Below, one piece after another: positions 1 through 7,715 of a stretch of DNA of 24,737 nucleotides (position 1 is the stretch's first letter; each line of letters begins with the position of its first letter). Location of the stretch: NCBI GenBank assembly GCA_964531595.1, contig CAZHDQ010000001.1:1-24737 (forward strand). Direction: 5' to 3'. The translations under genes were made by a program, and so were the position numbers. The stretch comes from an uncultured Anaeromyxobacteraceae bacterium. GTDB taxonomy: Bacteria > Myxococcota_A > UBA9042 > DTJE01. Under the pieces are notes generated by a model. That model saw only the letters and a list, made by a program, of their open reading frames with translations. It was not told where the DNA came from and did not search any database.

Positions 1-1271
1 AGGTCCTGCTCGACCTCCTCGCCCGGCAGCACCTGGACGCGACTGATCGCCAGCCCGCGAGGTTTGAACACCATCGAATACGGATCCTCCAGGGCGTCCA
101 GCACGTAACTAGCGGTCCCACCCAACGCGAACAGCAGGTACTGTCCCGCTGGGATATCGCGCATCTGGAACGTCGCGGTACACGTCGCGTTCGGCCTGTC
201 CGACAGCCCGCACAGGGCCATATTGGTCGGGATCGGAAGTGTCGGGTTTTCGGGGTCCGGTGCCTCCAGTACGCTGCCCATGCTCATCGACGACAGCGGC
301 ACGTCCCGAATCGCCAACTGGACGATCGCCACCGGCACCGGGGCCGCCGGGTTCGTGAACTGGTCCGTGATGAAGCCCGACGGCCAGTGATCCAGCCCAC
401 CCTCGCCTAGGAAGCCCTTGACCTCGCCACGGATCGAACCTACCCGGCCGGCGTCCCGTGGCAGCACCGGGTCCAGCGGTACCATCAAAATCGCCAGATT
501 CGCCGCGTCCACCCCCAGGTACGACGTGAACCGGAACCCGTTTGCGCCCACCGTAACGTCGATCGGCCCCGCCAGCCCAGGCTCGACTAGGTCCACGAAG
601 CCCTCGGGTCCCGTGAACCGCACCCAGGACTGCGCGCCCTTCAGCACAACGACCTGGGCACCTTCGAACGGCTGGGGCGACCCCGCAAACGGCCGGGCCA
701 GCGCGTACACCCGAAGCGTACCGTTCAGCGGCCCCGCGCCGACGTGCGGCCGCGTGTTTACCCCCGGTTCAATTGGATCCTCCAGCGACAGCGCAATCGA
801 ATCGATCGCCTCCTGGAACAGGTCGTCCGGGTCGTCGTAGCGCGCCGTCACACTGGCCCGAACGCGCTGGTCAGAACACGCCCGCACGCGGTACGAACCG
901 TCCACCCTGGATTCGACCGGGGCAATCGGCCCAAGCGGCCACTCGAACTTTACCTCGCACCCCGGCATCGGCAGGCCCAACCCGTCGCGCAGGACGCCCA
1001 CGACGTTGCTGCACAACTGCCCGCCCTGAATCTCGTAGACTGGCGAAGCCGTCAGCAGAATCCGCGGCCCGTCGCCGTTGGGCTCGGGATCGGCCCCGTC
1101 GGGGATACCGTCGTTGTCGGTGTCGACCTTGTCCGGGTCCGTCCCGAATCGGGCCTCCTGCTTATCGGTCAGGCCGTCGCCGTCCCGGTCGGGCCCCAGG
1201 TCCCGGCCGCAGCCGAAGGCGACCATCCCTATCGCGACCAGCAAGGCCCCGCGCAGGAACCAAACACGCAT
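1..1271 (-). CDS. Lipoprotein with N-terminal Dx[DN]xDG calcium-binding motifs followed by beta-rich (Ig-like/carboxypeptidase-regulatory-like) segments; partial, runs off the left edge
   Basis: Not in the ORF track because its stop lies outside the window. Translated by hand from ATG at 1271 (AGAGGTG RBS just upstream, 17 nt after the FadL stop): MRVWFLRGALLVAIGMVAFG-C (lipobox), then DRDGDGLTDKQEARFGTDPDKVDTDNDGIPDGADP. The frame stays open to position 1 with GC3-rich codons. Confidence 0.85.
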   Translation of the reverse strand, partial: MRVWFLRGALLVAIGMVAFGCGRDLGPDRDGDGLTDKQEARFGTDPDKVDTDNDGIPDGADPEPNGDGPRILLTASPVYEIQGGQLCSNVVGVLRDGLGLPMPGCEVKFEWPLGPIAPVESRVDGSYRVRACSDQRVRASVTARYDDPDDLFQEAIDSIALSLEDPIEPGVNTRPHVGAGPLNGTLRVYALARPFAGSPQPFEGAQVVVLKGAQSWVRFTGPEGFVDLVEPGLAGPIDVTVGANGFRFTSYLGVDAANLAILMVPLDPVLPRDAGRVGSIRGEVKGFLGEGGLDHWPSGFITDQFTNPAAPVPVAIVQLAIRDVPLSSMSMGSVLEAPDPENPTLPIPTNMALCGLSDRPNATCTATFQMRDIPAGQYLLFALGGTASYVLDALEDPYSMVFKPRGLAISRVQVLPGEEVEQD

Positions 1272-1287
1272 CGTGAGCACCTCTTGC

Positions 1288-2589
1288 CTAGAACCGAGCC
1301 CGAAATGTCAGACCCGCGTTCAGTACGCCGCCTTCGCCAGCCACATTGGGATACCCCGGGTTGCCTGGCTCGAACACGTACTTCGCGTCCCTGTTGCTGA
1401 CCATCGCCGTGTAGGCCACATGCACGTCGACCCCGATGGGTGGACCGCCGACGCCTACGGCATCGAACCCCAGGCCGAACGACCCGGTAAACCGATCACC
1501 GTCCAGCAAGTTAGTTATTCCAGTCTGGGCCGGCACCGGCGACTGAACCCAGCCGAACCCAGCCCGGATCGCCAGCGCTCGTAGCGGCCGGTATTCCCCG
1601 CCAAAGCGCACGGCAAACGTGTTCCTGAAGTCCGGATCCGGCGGACGGGTCTCCTTGACGATCCGCCCATCCGAGCCGGAACTGTACAGGATCACTCGCG
1701 GCGACGACTGTTGGAAGTCGCTGTACAGCGAGTAAGTCAAGTCGCCCGCGACCGTGAACTGGCCGGTCCGGTACGCCGCGCCCAGCGCAAACTGGTGAGG
1801 CGTCGAAAAGTCGTACGCCAGCACCTTCAGCCGCACAGCCGCGATCTTTTCAGACAGCACCGCCGACACCGGGATCTCGATGTAGGTCCGATTCGCGCCA
1901 CGCCACGTAAAACCAATCGTCAGACCCGGAATCGGCGCCACCATCGCACCGATCGTCGGGGCCAAGCTCATGTTGACGTCGATCAACGCCTGGTTCGCAC
2001 TGCTATCCTTCGTGAAATCCACGTCCACGCGGCCGATGACGTCTGGCAGCATCGATACGCCGACCCCCAGCATCGCCCACTTCCAGCGCAGGGCCACCGC
2101 AGCGTTCAACACCAGGCGGCGATTGCGGTCCTCCATGAACGGGAAGTACGCCTCCTGGACCGGCCGCTCGCGCACCGCATAGATGGACCCGACCGGAAAC
2201 GCGACGTGCAGCCCCGCGAACAGCAGCCTTGGATATTTTTTCCCCAGGGGAATCGGGCTGGCCAGGCCGATGTCCATCAACGCACGCGTCGTATCGGCGC
2301 GGGCCGAGGTCGCCGGAACGATCCGTCCGGTGCCGTCCTCGGCATGGGTCGTTGCTTTAAGGAAGGGCCGGTACACAAGCGTCCCGATACCCAGATCGAA
2401 CCCGTCCAGTTGCCCCAGGCCCGCCGGATTGTACCAGCAGGCGTCGTACGAACCCGCCAGTCCGGTCGCTCCGCCACCCATGGCGATGTTCGCCGAGGTC
2501 GCGCCAAACGTGTCCAGTGGGTTTGCGCTAGCCGGAACCGCCAGCCCCAGCAGCGCTAACGAAACAGTCAATGCCCAGGCGAAGCGCAC
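1288..2589 (-). CDS. OmpP1/FadL-family outer-membrane long-chain fatty acid/hydrophobic compound transporter
   Basis: GTG start with a GGAGGG RBS and a signal peptide ending ASA. FadL-type N-terminus 'GATSANIAMGGGATGLAGSYDACWYNPAGLGQL', amphipathic beta strands, C-terminal Phe (..GLTFRARF). Confidence 0.88.
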   Translation of the reverse strand: MRFAWALTVSLALLGLAVPASANPLDTFGATSANIAMGGGATGLAGSYDACWYNPAGLGQLDGFDLGIGTLVYRPFLKATTHAEDGTGRIVPATSARADTTRALMDIGLASPIPLGKKYPRLLFAGLHVAFPVGSIYAVRERPVQEAYFPFMEDRNRRLVLNAAVALRWKWAMLGVGVSMLPDVIGRVDVDFTKDSSANQALIDVNMSLAPTIGAMVAPIPGLTIGFTWRGANRTYIEIPVSAVLSEKIAAVRLKVLAYDFSTPHQFALGAAYRTGQFTVAGDLTYSLYSDFQQSSPRVILYSSGSDGRIVKETRPPDPDFRNTFAVRFGGEYRPLRALAIRAGFGWVQSPVPAQTGITNLLDGDRFTGSFGLGFDAVGVGGPPIGVDVHVAYTAMVSNRDAKYVFEPGNPGYPNVAGEGGVLNAGLTFRARF

Positions 2590-2736
2590 TCAGTCCCCTC
2601 CGGAAGACCGGCCGGGATAATACCACAGGGAAAAAGATCATCGGAACGGCGGTCACGGGCGCGCCCCGTTAGACCGCACAGGGTCGCCGCACACACCGAA
2701 TTAATCGCTGACTGCAACTAGATTCCGCGATTTGGC

Positions 2737-2742
2737 TATAAT
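2737..2742 (+). promoter_or_regulatory. Candidate sigma70 -10 element (TATAAT) for the large lipoprotein gene
   Basis: Perfect TATAAT 29 nt upstream of ATG 2771 in a locally AT-richer divergent intergenic region; no good -35. Confidence 0.4.
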
Positions 2743-2770
2743 GCGACTCCCTGTTCTTCGAGGCCTGGAT

Positions 2771-5512
2771 ATGGTTCGCTTCACGCGATTGGCAACTTGG
2801 GTCCTGGCTGTCGTACCACTGGCGGCGGTCGCCTGCCAAGGCGGGCTGGTTTCGGGGTTCCCGCCAAAGGTCGACACGGTACCCGACCGGGCGGAAATCC
2901 GTGCCGGCGAGGTCGTACACATCGCGTGTACCGTATCCGACGACCAGGGCAAATCGGTCGACACATCCACCACAGTAGCCATCGACCCGTCGGAGGGTCT
3001 GGCGCTGGCCGATCACGACGCGACACCCACGAAGGCCGGGACTTACACCGCGACCTGCGCGGCCCCGGAATTCGACGTCGTCGACGATACGCCCGCTGCT
3101 TTCAACGTTGTGCATGCGGACCCTGCCAAGGCGATCGCCACCGTGGACCCGTCATCGGTCCACGCAGGCCAGCCTGCAACCGTGACCTGCATCGTCGAGG
3201 ACGCCTTCGGCAACGTGATCACAGACGCGACGACGACAGTGACCGCAGCCGCCGGCGTAGACGTCGATGACCACCGCGTGTCGACGACCCAGACAGGTAC
3301 CTACGAGGTCGCGTGCGCGGTGCCCGGGTTTCAGGTGGAGGCATTTACCGACGTGCTGACAGTCGGCGCCGCCGACCCGATTCGCGTCGAGTTGTACATC
3401 AATCCAGACAAGCCTCGCTATGGACTGAACACCGATATTACCCTGTCCCACAAGGTGTTCGACGCATACGACAACGTCGTCGAAGGCCTGGGCTTCCAGT
3501 ACGTGATCCCCGAAAAGGGCATCAAGAAGATCGCCGACAACAAGGTGCGACTGATCGCCGAGGGCCACTACTTGGTCAAGGTGGTGCTGGACGCCCCGTG
3601 GGAGGCCATCGAGGACAGCCGAACGCTTATCTGCGACACGACGGGCCCGGGTTTCGAGGACCTGTATCCACCGCGTGGTCACACGACCGACAGCGAGCCC
3701 GTGCTGGTCGTGTCGGGCCGTGCCGTCGACCCGGCCGGGTCCAAAGTCGTCGAGGTTTTAGTAAACGGCAAGGAAGCGACCCTGGACGCCAACGGGTACT
3801 TCGAACTGCCCGTGGACAGCGCACACGGCGTCAATGGCCTGAAGATCAGCGCCAAGGACGAATTCGGTTTTTCGACGTTCGTAACCCGCGGCTACTACTA
3901 CTCGGAGGGCTGGCTGTACTCAGACCCCGAGGCCACCATCGGCGACGCGACGTTCGCCGAGGGCGCGATGCTGTTTTTGGGCCAACGGGCGCTGGACGAC
4001 GGTGACCACGATCCTGCACACCTGAACGATTTCGCGACAATCTTGGAAGTGCTGCTGGGCATCGACCTGGTCGACCTGATCGGTGGCATCCCGCCGTTCG
4101 CTACGACGATCCCGAACCTCATCAACTTGACCCTGCTGGGCGTCGGGCTCCAGGGCGACCTGGAGGTCCGGGTCACGGTCACCGACGTGTCCCTGGGGAC
4201 GCCGCATGTATCGCTGGACACACGGGACGGCGGGATGGAGGCCGGCATCGCGTTCGAAAACGTGTTGCTGGGACTCGACTTGGCGTTCTACGTCCATGCC
4301 CGCGCCACCGCGTTCGGCAATTCCTACCCGCTGCTGGACCCGGGCGTCGCCACGTCGTCAACGATGCGCGTCGGGCGCCTGGGCGTCAGCGTCAGTTTCG
4401 ACATCGACATGCCCCTGGGCGGTGCAGTTTCGGTTGAAGGCCGCGACTTCCAACTGGAAATCACGGACGTGGAAATTGACCCACTCGCCGGCCTGATGAT
4501 CGACCTGGGCATGGTGCCTGGCCTGGGTATCGACCTGGGCACCTACGACCTGTCGCAACTGGTCGGCGGGATCAACGATGTAATTCGCGACTACGTGCTG
4601 GGACCGCTGGTCAGTTTCATCACACAGCCACTGATCGACCTGCTTGAGCCGCTGGTGGTCCCGCTGATCGGCGATCTGATCGAGCAGGTGCTTGGGATGC
4701 TGGACATCCAGCAAACGGTCCAGATCCCGTCGATCCTGGGGATCCCGCCGGTTGACCTGGACCTGGCGCTGTCGCTTTCGTCGGTGACCTTTACCGAGGA
4801 CGGTGGCCGCCTGGGTCTGAATGTCGGCGTCCTGACCGAACACGCCGTTGACCACGAGCCGCTGGGCTCCATCCTTAGGGCCGGTTGCAACAGCGTCGAC
4901 CCGGATCCCGCGATGTTCGACTTCGGCGTCGAGCCCGGTATCCAGGCCGGCATCCGTTTGGACCTGGTCAACGAGCTGTTGTTCATGCTGTGGCGAACCG
5001 GAATGATCAACCAGACCCTCGACTTGGGCGGACTGATGGGCGGCGGCGGCAGTTCGTCGGTCGACAACCTGGTCATCACACCGAACGCCTATCTGCCACC
5101 AATCCTCGACGACTGCGGCGATATGCAGGAACTCCAGATCGGCGATCTGTACCTGGACATCCAGGGAGACGCGTTCGGTTTCAACATCGCGATGCGGGCG
5201 TGGCTCCAGTTGAAGATGGAGGCCAATATCTTCGCGACTGGCAACGAAATCGGGATACACATCGGCAAGGTCCGGTTCATGGAAACCGAAATCTTCGACG
5301 ACGGCGGCTTCGACCTGATCACGGACATCGTTGTGGGCCTTCTGCCCCAATTGATCAAGAGCCTGGAAAACCAGTCGTTCTCGTTCCCGATCCCCTCGAT
5401 TCCGCTGGACGGGCTGCTGCCTGGGCTGCCCGCCGGTGCCGAACTGCGCATCGGCGACTTGAAGGCCGGCACCGAACACGGCGTGATCGTGGTCGGTGGC
5501 AACCTGCAATAA
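2771..5512 (+). CDS. Large acidic lipoprotein (~913 aa): N-terminal Ig-like repeats plus a C-terminal tandem BPI/LBP/CETP-like (TULIP-like) region
   Basis: The ORF track starts at 2732, but ATG 2771 follows GAGG and gives a lipoprotein signal (MVRFTRLATWVLAVVPLAAVA-C). Three repeated 'CTV.D..G..(V/I)...TTV.......' Ig-like units, an Ig/cadherin-like 'VVSGRAVDPAGSKVVEVLVNG' unit, then ~515 aa patterned like BPI/PLTP. Confidence 0.85.
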   Translation: MVRFTRLATWVLAVVPLAAVACQGGLVSGFPPKVDTVPDRAEIRAGEVVHIACTVSDDQGKSVDTSTTVAIDPSEGLALADHDATPTKAGTYTATCAAPEFDVVDDTPAAFNVVHADPAKAIATVDPSSVHAGQPATVTCIVEDAFGNVITDATTTVTAAAGVDVDDHRVSTTQTGTYEVACAVPGFQVEAFTDVLTVGAADPIRVELYINPDKPRYGLNTDITLSHKVFDAYDNVVEGLGFQYVIPEKGIKKIADNKVRLIAEGHYLVKVVLDAPWEAIEDSRTLICDTTGPGFEDLYPPRGHTTDSEPVLVVSGRAVDPAGSKVVEVLVNGKEATLDANGYFELPVDSAHGVNGLKISAKDEFGFSTFVTRGYYYSEGWLYSDPEATIGDATFAEGAMLFLGQRALDDGDHDPAHLNDFATILEVLLGIDLVDLIGGIPPFATTIPNLINLTLLGVGLQGDLEVRVTVTDVSLGTPHVSLDTRDGGMEAGIAFENVLLGLDLAFYVHARATAFGNSYPLLDPGVATSSTMRVGRLGVSVSFDIDMPLGGAVSVEGRDFQLEITDVEIDPLAGLMIDLGMVPGLGIDLGTYDLSQLVGGINDVIRDYVLGPLVSFITQPLIDLLEPLVVPLIGDLIEQVLGMLDIQQTVQIPSILGIPPVDLDLALSLSSVTFTEDGGRLGLNVGVLTEHAVDHEPLGSILRAGCNSVDPDPAMFDFGVEPGIQAGIRLDLVNELLFMLWRTGMINQTLDLGGLMGGGGSSSVDNLVITPNAYLPPILDDCGDMQELQIGDLYLDIQGDAFGFNIAMRAWLQLKMEANIFATGNEIGIHIGKVRFMETEIFDDGGFDLITDIVVGLLPQLIKSLENQSFSFPIPSIPLDGLLPGLPAGAELRIGDLKAGTEHGVIVVGGNLQ

Positions 5513-5525
5513 AATTCAACAGTTT

Positions 5526-5540
5526 CCCCCGTACCGGGGG
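5526..5540. terminator. Short GC hairpin between convergent genes
   Basis: CCCCCG-TAC-CGGGGG, 14 nt after the 5512 stop. No U-tract on either strand, so terminator function is uncertain. Confidence 0.3.
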
Positions 5541-5574
5541 TCCATCCAAAAGCCGGCCCGGGCCGCCCTCCTCG

Positions 5575-6102
5575 TTAACGGCGCTGCCCGCGGGCCTCAA
5601 ACCCCTGACGCAGCATCACGATGGCACGCTGCTCGGCCCGCACGATCGTGGCGGGGCTGACCCGCATCAGGGCGGCTGCCTCGCGGACCGTCAAATCCTC
5701 GAAGAACCGCAAGCGCACCACCTCGCGTTCGACCCGCGGCAGGAGCGCCCACCCGTCTCGCAAGAACGTCCGAAATCGTCGCAGGGCCAGCACCGATTCG
5801 GGCGAACGGGAGTCGGCGGCCCAGTGGATTTGGACCCCACTCTCGGCCGTGTGGCAGGCTGGTGCCTCGCGGTTGCGCCGGACCATGCCACGCAGGTGAT
5901 CCAGCATCGCGCCAGACGCACGTTTCGTGGAAAACGTCCGCAGACTGCACCCGTGGCCCCCCTCGTAACGGGTCGCGGCCTCCAGCAGACCGACGACGCC
6001 TTCCTGGAACATGTCTTCCCGGTCGACCTCGGACCGGACCGTGGGGGCAATGGACCGCGAGATGCGTTTAACGACCGGCACCAGGCTGGAAATCGATGTC
6101 AT
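5575..6102 (-). CDS. Short sigma70-family factor (175 aa) with FliA/WhiG-like region 2 and region 4, lacking region 3
   Basis: Region 2 'DREDMFQEGVVGLLEAATRYE...SLRTFSTKRASGAMLDHLR'; region 4 HTH 'LPRVEREVVRLRFFEDLTVREAAALMRVSPATIVRAEQRAIVMLR'. ATG 6102 is preceded by GGAG; the alternative TTG start is 6117. Confidence 0.88.
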   Translation of the reverse strand: MTSISSLVPVVKRISRSIAPTVRSEVDREDMFQEGVVGLLEAATRYEGGHGCSLRTFSTKRASGAMLDHLRGMVRRNREAPACHTAESGVQIHWAADSRSPESVLALRRFRTFLRDGWALLPRVEREVVRLRFFEDLTVREAAALMRVSPATIVRAEQRAIVMLRQGFEARGQRR

Positions 6103-6188
6103 GGTCGAGCTCCACAATGGGTCATGCCGAATCCTTTGCGAAGGACGTGCCGTGGCTGCGCAGAAGGGCGATTAAAATCGTAAGCCGT

Positions 6189-6202
6189 TGTTTACAAACA
6201 AT
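6189..6202. promoter_or_regulatory. AT-rich palindrome upstream of the sigma gene (candidate operator)
   Basis: TTGTTT-AC-AAACAA inside the AT-rich patch ~6170-6210, 87 nt upstream of ATG 6102. Confidence 0.35.
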
Positions 6203-6300
6203 AAATAGCCGCGAAGCACCCAATCTAAGCGTCGCACGCTCGACCAGCGTCCCTCGCACGCAGCAACCTGCCGGGGCCGGTCCACCCCAGCCTGGAGCCA

Positions 6301-6438
6301 CAAGGCCCGCCGTGGCCAACACACCGTTTCCACCGGGACCGCCACACTGTTTCCACCGTGGTCAACCCTCCGTTTCCACCGGGACCGCCACACTGTTTCC
6401 ACCGTGGTCAACCCTCTGTTTCCGCCGGGACCGCGCCT
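6301..6438. repeat. Intergenic tandem array of six 23-bp units alternating between two types (46-bp higher-order period)
   Basis: Type A CCGTTTCCACCGGGACCGCCACA at 6324-6346 and 6370-6392 (identical). Type B CTGTTTCCACCGTGGTCAACCCT at 6347-6369 and 6393-6415 (identical). Degenerate B at 6301-6323 and degenerate A at 6416-6438. Confidence 0.95.
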
Positions 6439-6662
6439 ATACGCAGTCCGGTTTCGAGTACGCGAATGGACCGCCATCGCCGACCGTCAATTGAGGCTGC
6501 CCGCCCCGCGTGCCACGAACACGTACCGAACGCATCAGCCCGCGCTAAACTACCTGGCCCGACCACCGGAAAGTTGACCCGAGGCGCCCGGAATGCTACC
6601 GATCCCATCGGGACGCCGATTTGTCCGGCTTTTCGGATCCGTGGCGTCCACTAGGTAACCTG

Positions 6663-7715
6663 ATGCGCACCCGGACACGACCGAACGCAATCCAGCCGGC
6701 AGATGCGGTGCCGTTGCTGCCCCGCAGAAGACACGGACCCAGGCCACTTAACAGGATTGAACGGGCCGAACGCCTGCCCGATGACCTGCTGCCTGACCTG
6801 AGCGCACTACTGCGCCGGTATCCACATAGGAATCACCAGTTACGCACTCTGGGCGTGGACAAGAATGCGATGACCGCCTACCTGCTGGGCGGCATGGACC
6901 GGGCCGACACCCGCGTGCTGTTCGAGGTCCGCGAGGGGCACCTGGAAGGGTTGATCCAGGTCGTTCCCGACACCCTGCTGAGCCAGCGCCTTGGCCGCCG
7001 GATGTGGTCTATCCGCCACGTGCTGTCCGCAGACGACGGCCGGTTCGGGGTCGTGCGCCGGTTGGTGAGCGCCTTGGTAGAGGATCTGGAGGGCCGGGCC
7101 GACATGGTTACTGCTCGGGTCGCCTCTGGCGATCTGGTCGCCTTAAACGCACTGGAACGCAACGGATTTAGGGTAGTCACCGGTGAAATCGCCGGCGTGG
7201 TCCGCCCGACCCGAGTGGTCTCGGCGCATCCCGCGGGGCTGGTCATCGAGGTGATGCGCCCAGACCATGTCGAGGACGTCGCAGCGATTGCCGGCCGCAG
7301 CCACGTCCACAACCGGTTCGCCTACGACCCGCGATTCGACCGTGACGAGGTGCGCCTGCTGTACGAAGATCTGATCCGCAGGTACGCCGAGGACCCGGAC
7401 ACGACATCATTGGTGGCTCGAACCCGTGACGGAACCATTCTGGGATTCATCAGCACCCGCCTGAACCGGGCCATATCGGACGCGACCAACAGAACGCTTG
7501 CCAGCCTGGACTTCATCGGTGTGCAGCCTGATGTCCGCACCCGGGGCATCGGCGACGCCCTGAACCAGCACGCGCTGGCACGGATGTATTCCCTGGGAGT
7601 CCACGCAATCACGGTGCGTACGTTGATGAACAACTTTGAAGCCCTGGGGGTCCTGCAAAAACTCGGCATGCGGATCACCAGTTCCAACGTCGTCCTACAT
7701 CGGTGGTGGGGATGA
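6663..7715 (+). CDS. GNAT-family N-acetyltransferase with a WecD/RffC-like C-terminal domain, probably tandem GNAT
   Basis: 'HNRFAYDPRFDRDEVRLLYEDLIRRY' resembles the WecD SRF motif and helix. Acetyl-CoA-binding motif 'FIGVQPDVRTRGIGDALNQHAL', then 'TVRTLMNNFEALGVLQKLGMR'. Start uncertain (6621, 6663 or later). Confidence 0.8.
   Translation: MRTRTRPNAIQPADAVPLLPRRRHGPRPLNRIERAERLPDDLLPDLSALLRRYPHRNHQLRTLGVDKNAMTAYLLGGMDRADTRVLFEVREGHLEGLIQVVPDTLLSQRLGRRMWSIRHVLSADDGRFGVVRRLVSALVEDLEGRADMVTARVASGDLVALNALERNGFRVVTGEIAGVVRPTRVVSAHPAGLVIEVMRPDHVEDVAAIAGRSHVHNRFAYDPRFDRDEVRLLYEDLIRRYAEDPDTTSLVARTRDGTILGFISTRLNRAISDATNRTLASLDFIGVQPDVRTRGIGDALNQHALARMYSLGVHAITVRTLMNNFEALGVLQKLGMRITSSNVVLHRWWG

Noticed and set aside
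6301-6438. CRISPR array (units contain GTTTCCA, like some CRISPR repeats)
   Set aside because: Units are contiguous, the variable tails are only ~11 nt and recur identically (A/B), and no cas genes are in the window.
6170-6438. Plasmid iteron origin or oriC (23-bp repeats beside an AT-rich patch; GTTTCCACC resembles a DnaA box)
   Set aside because: The DnaA-box match has 2 of 9 mismatches, there is no rep, dnaA, dnaN or par gene nearby, and the AT-rich patch is short.
6096-6654. Short ORFs crossing the repeat array (6096-6494, 6172-6477, 6358-6654)
   Set aside because: Low-complexity translations of the repeat; a 23-bp unit is not a multiple of 3; no recognisable motifs.
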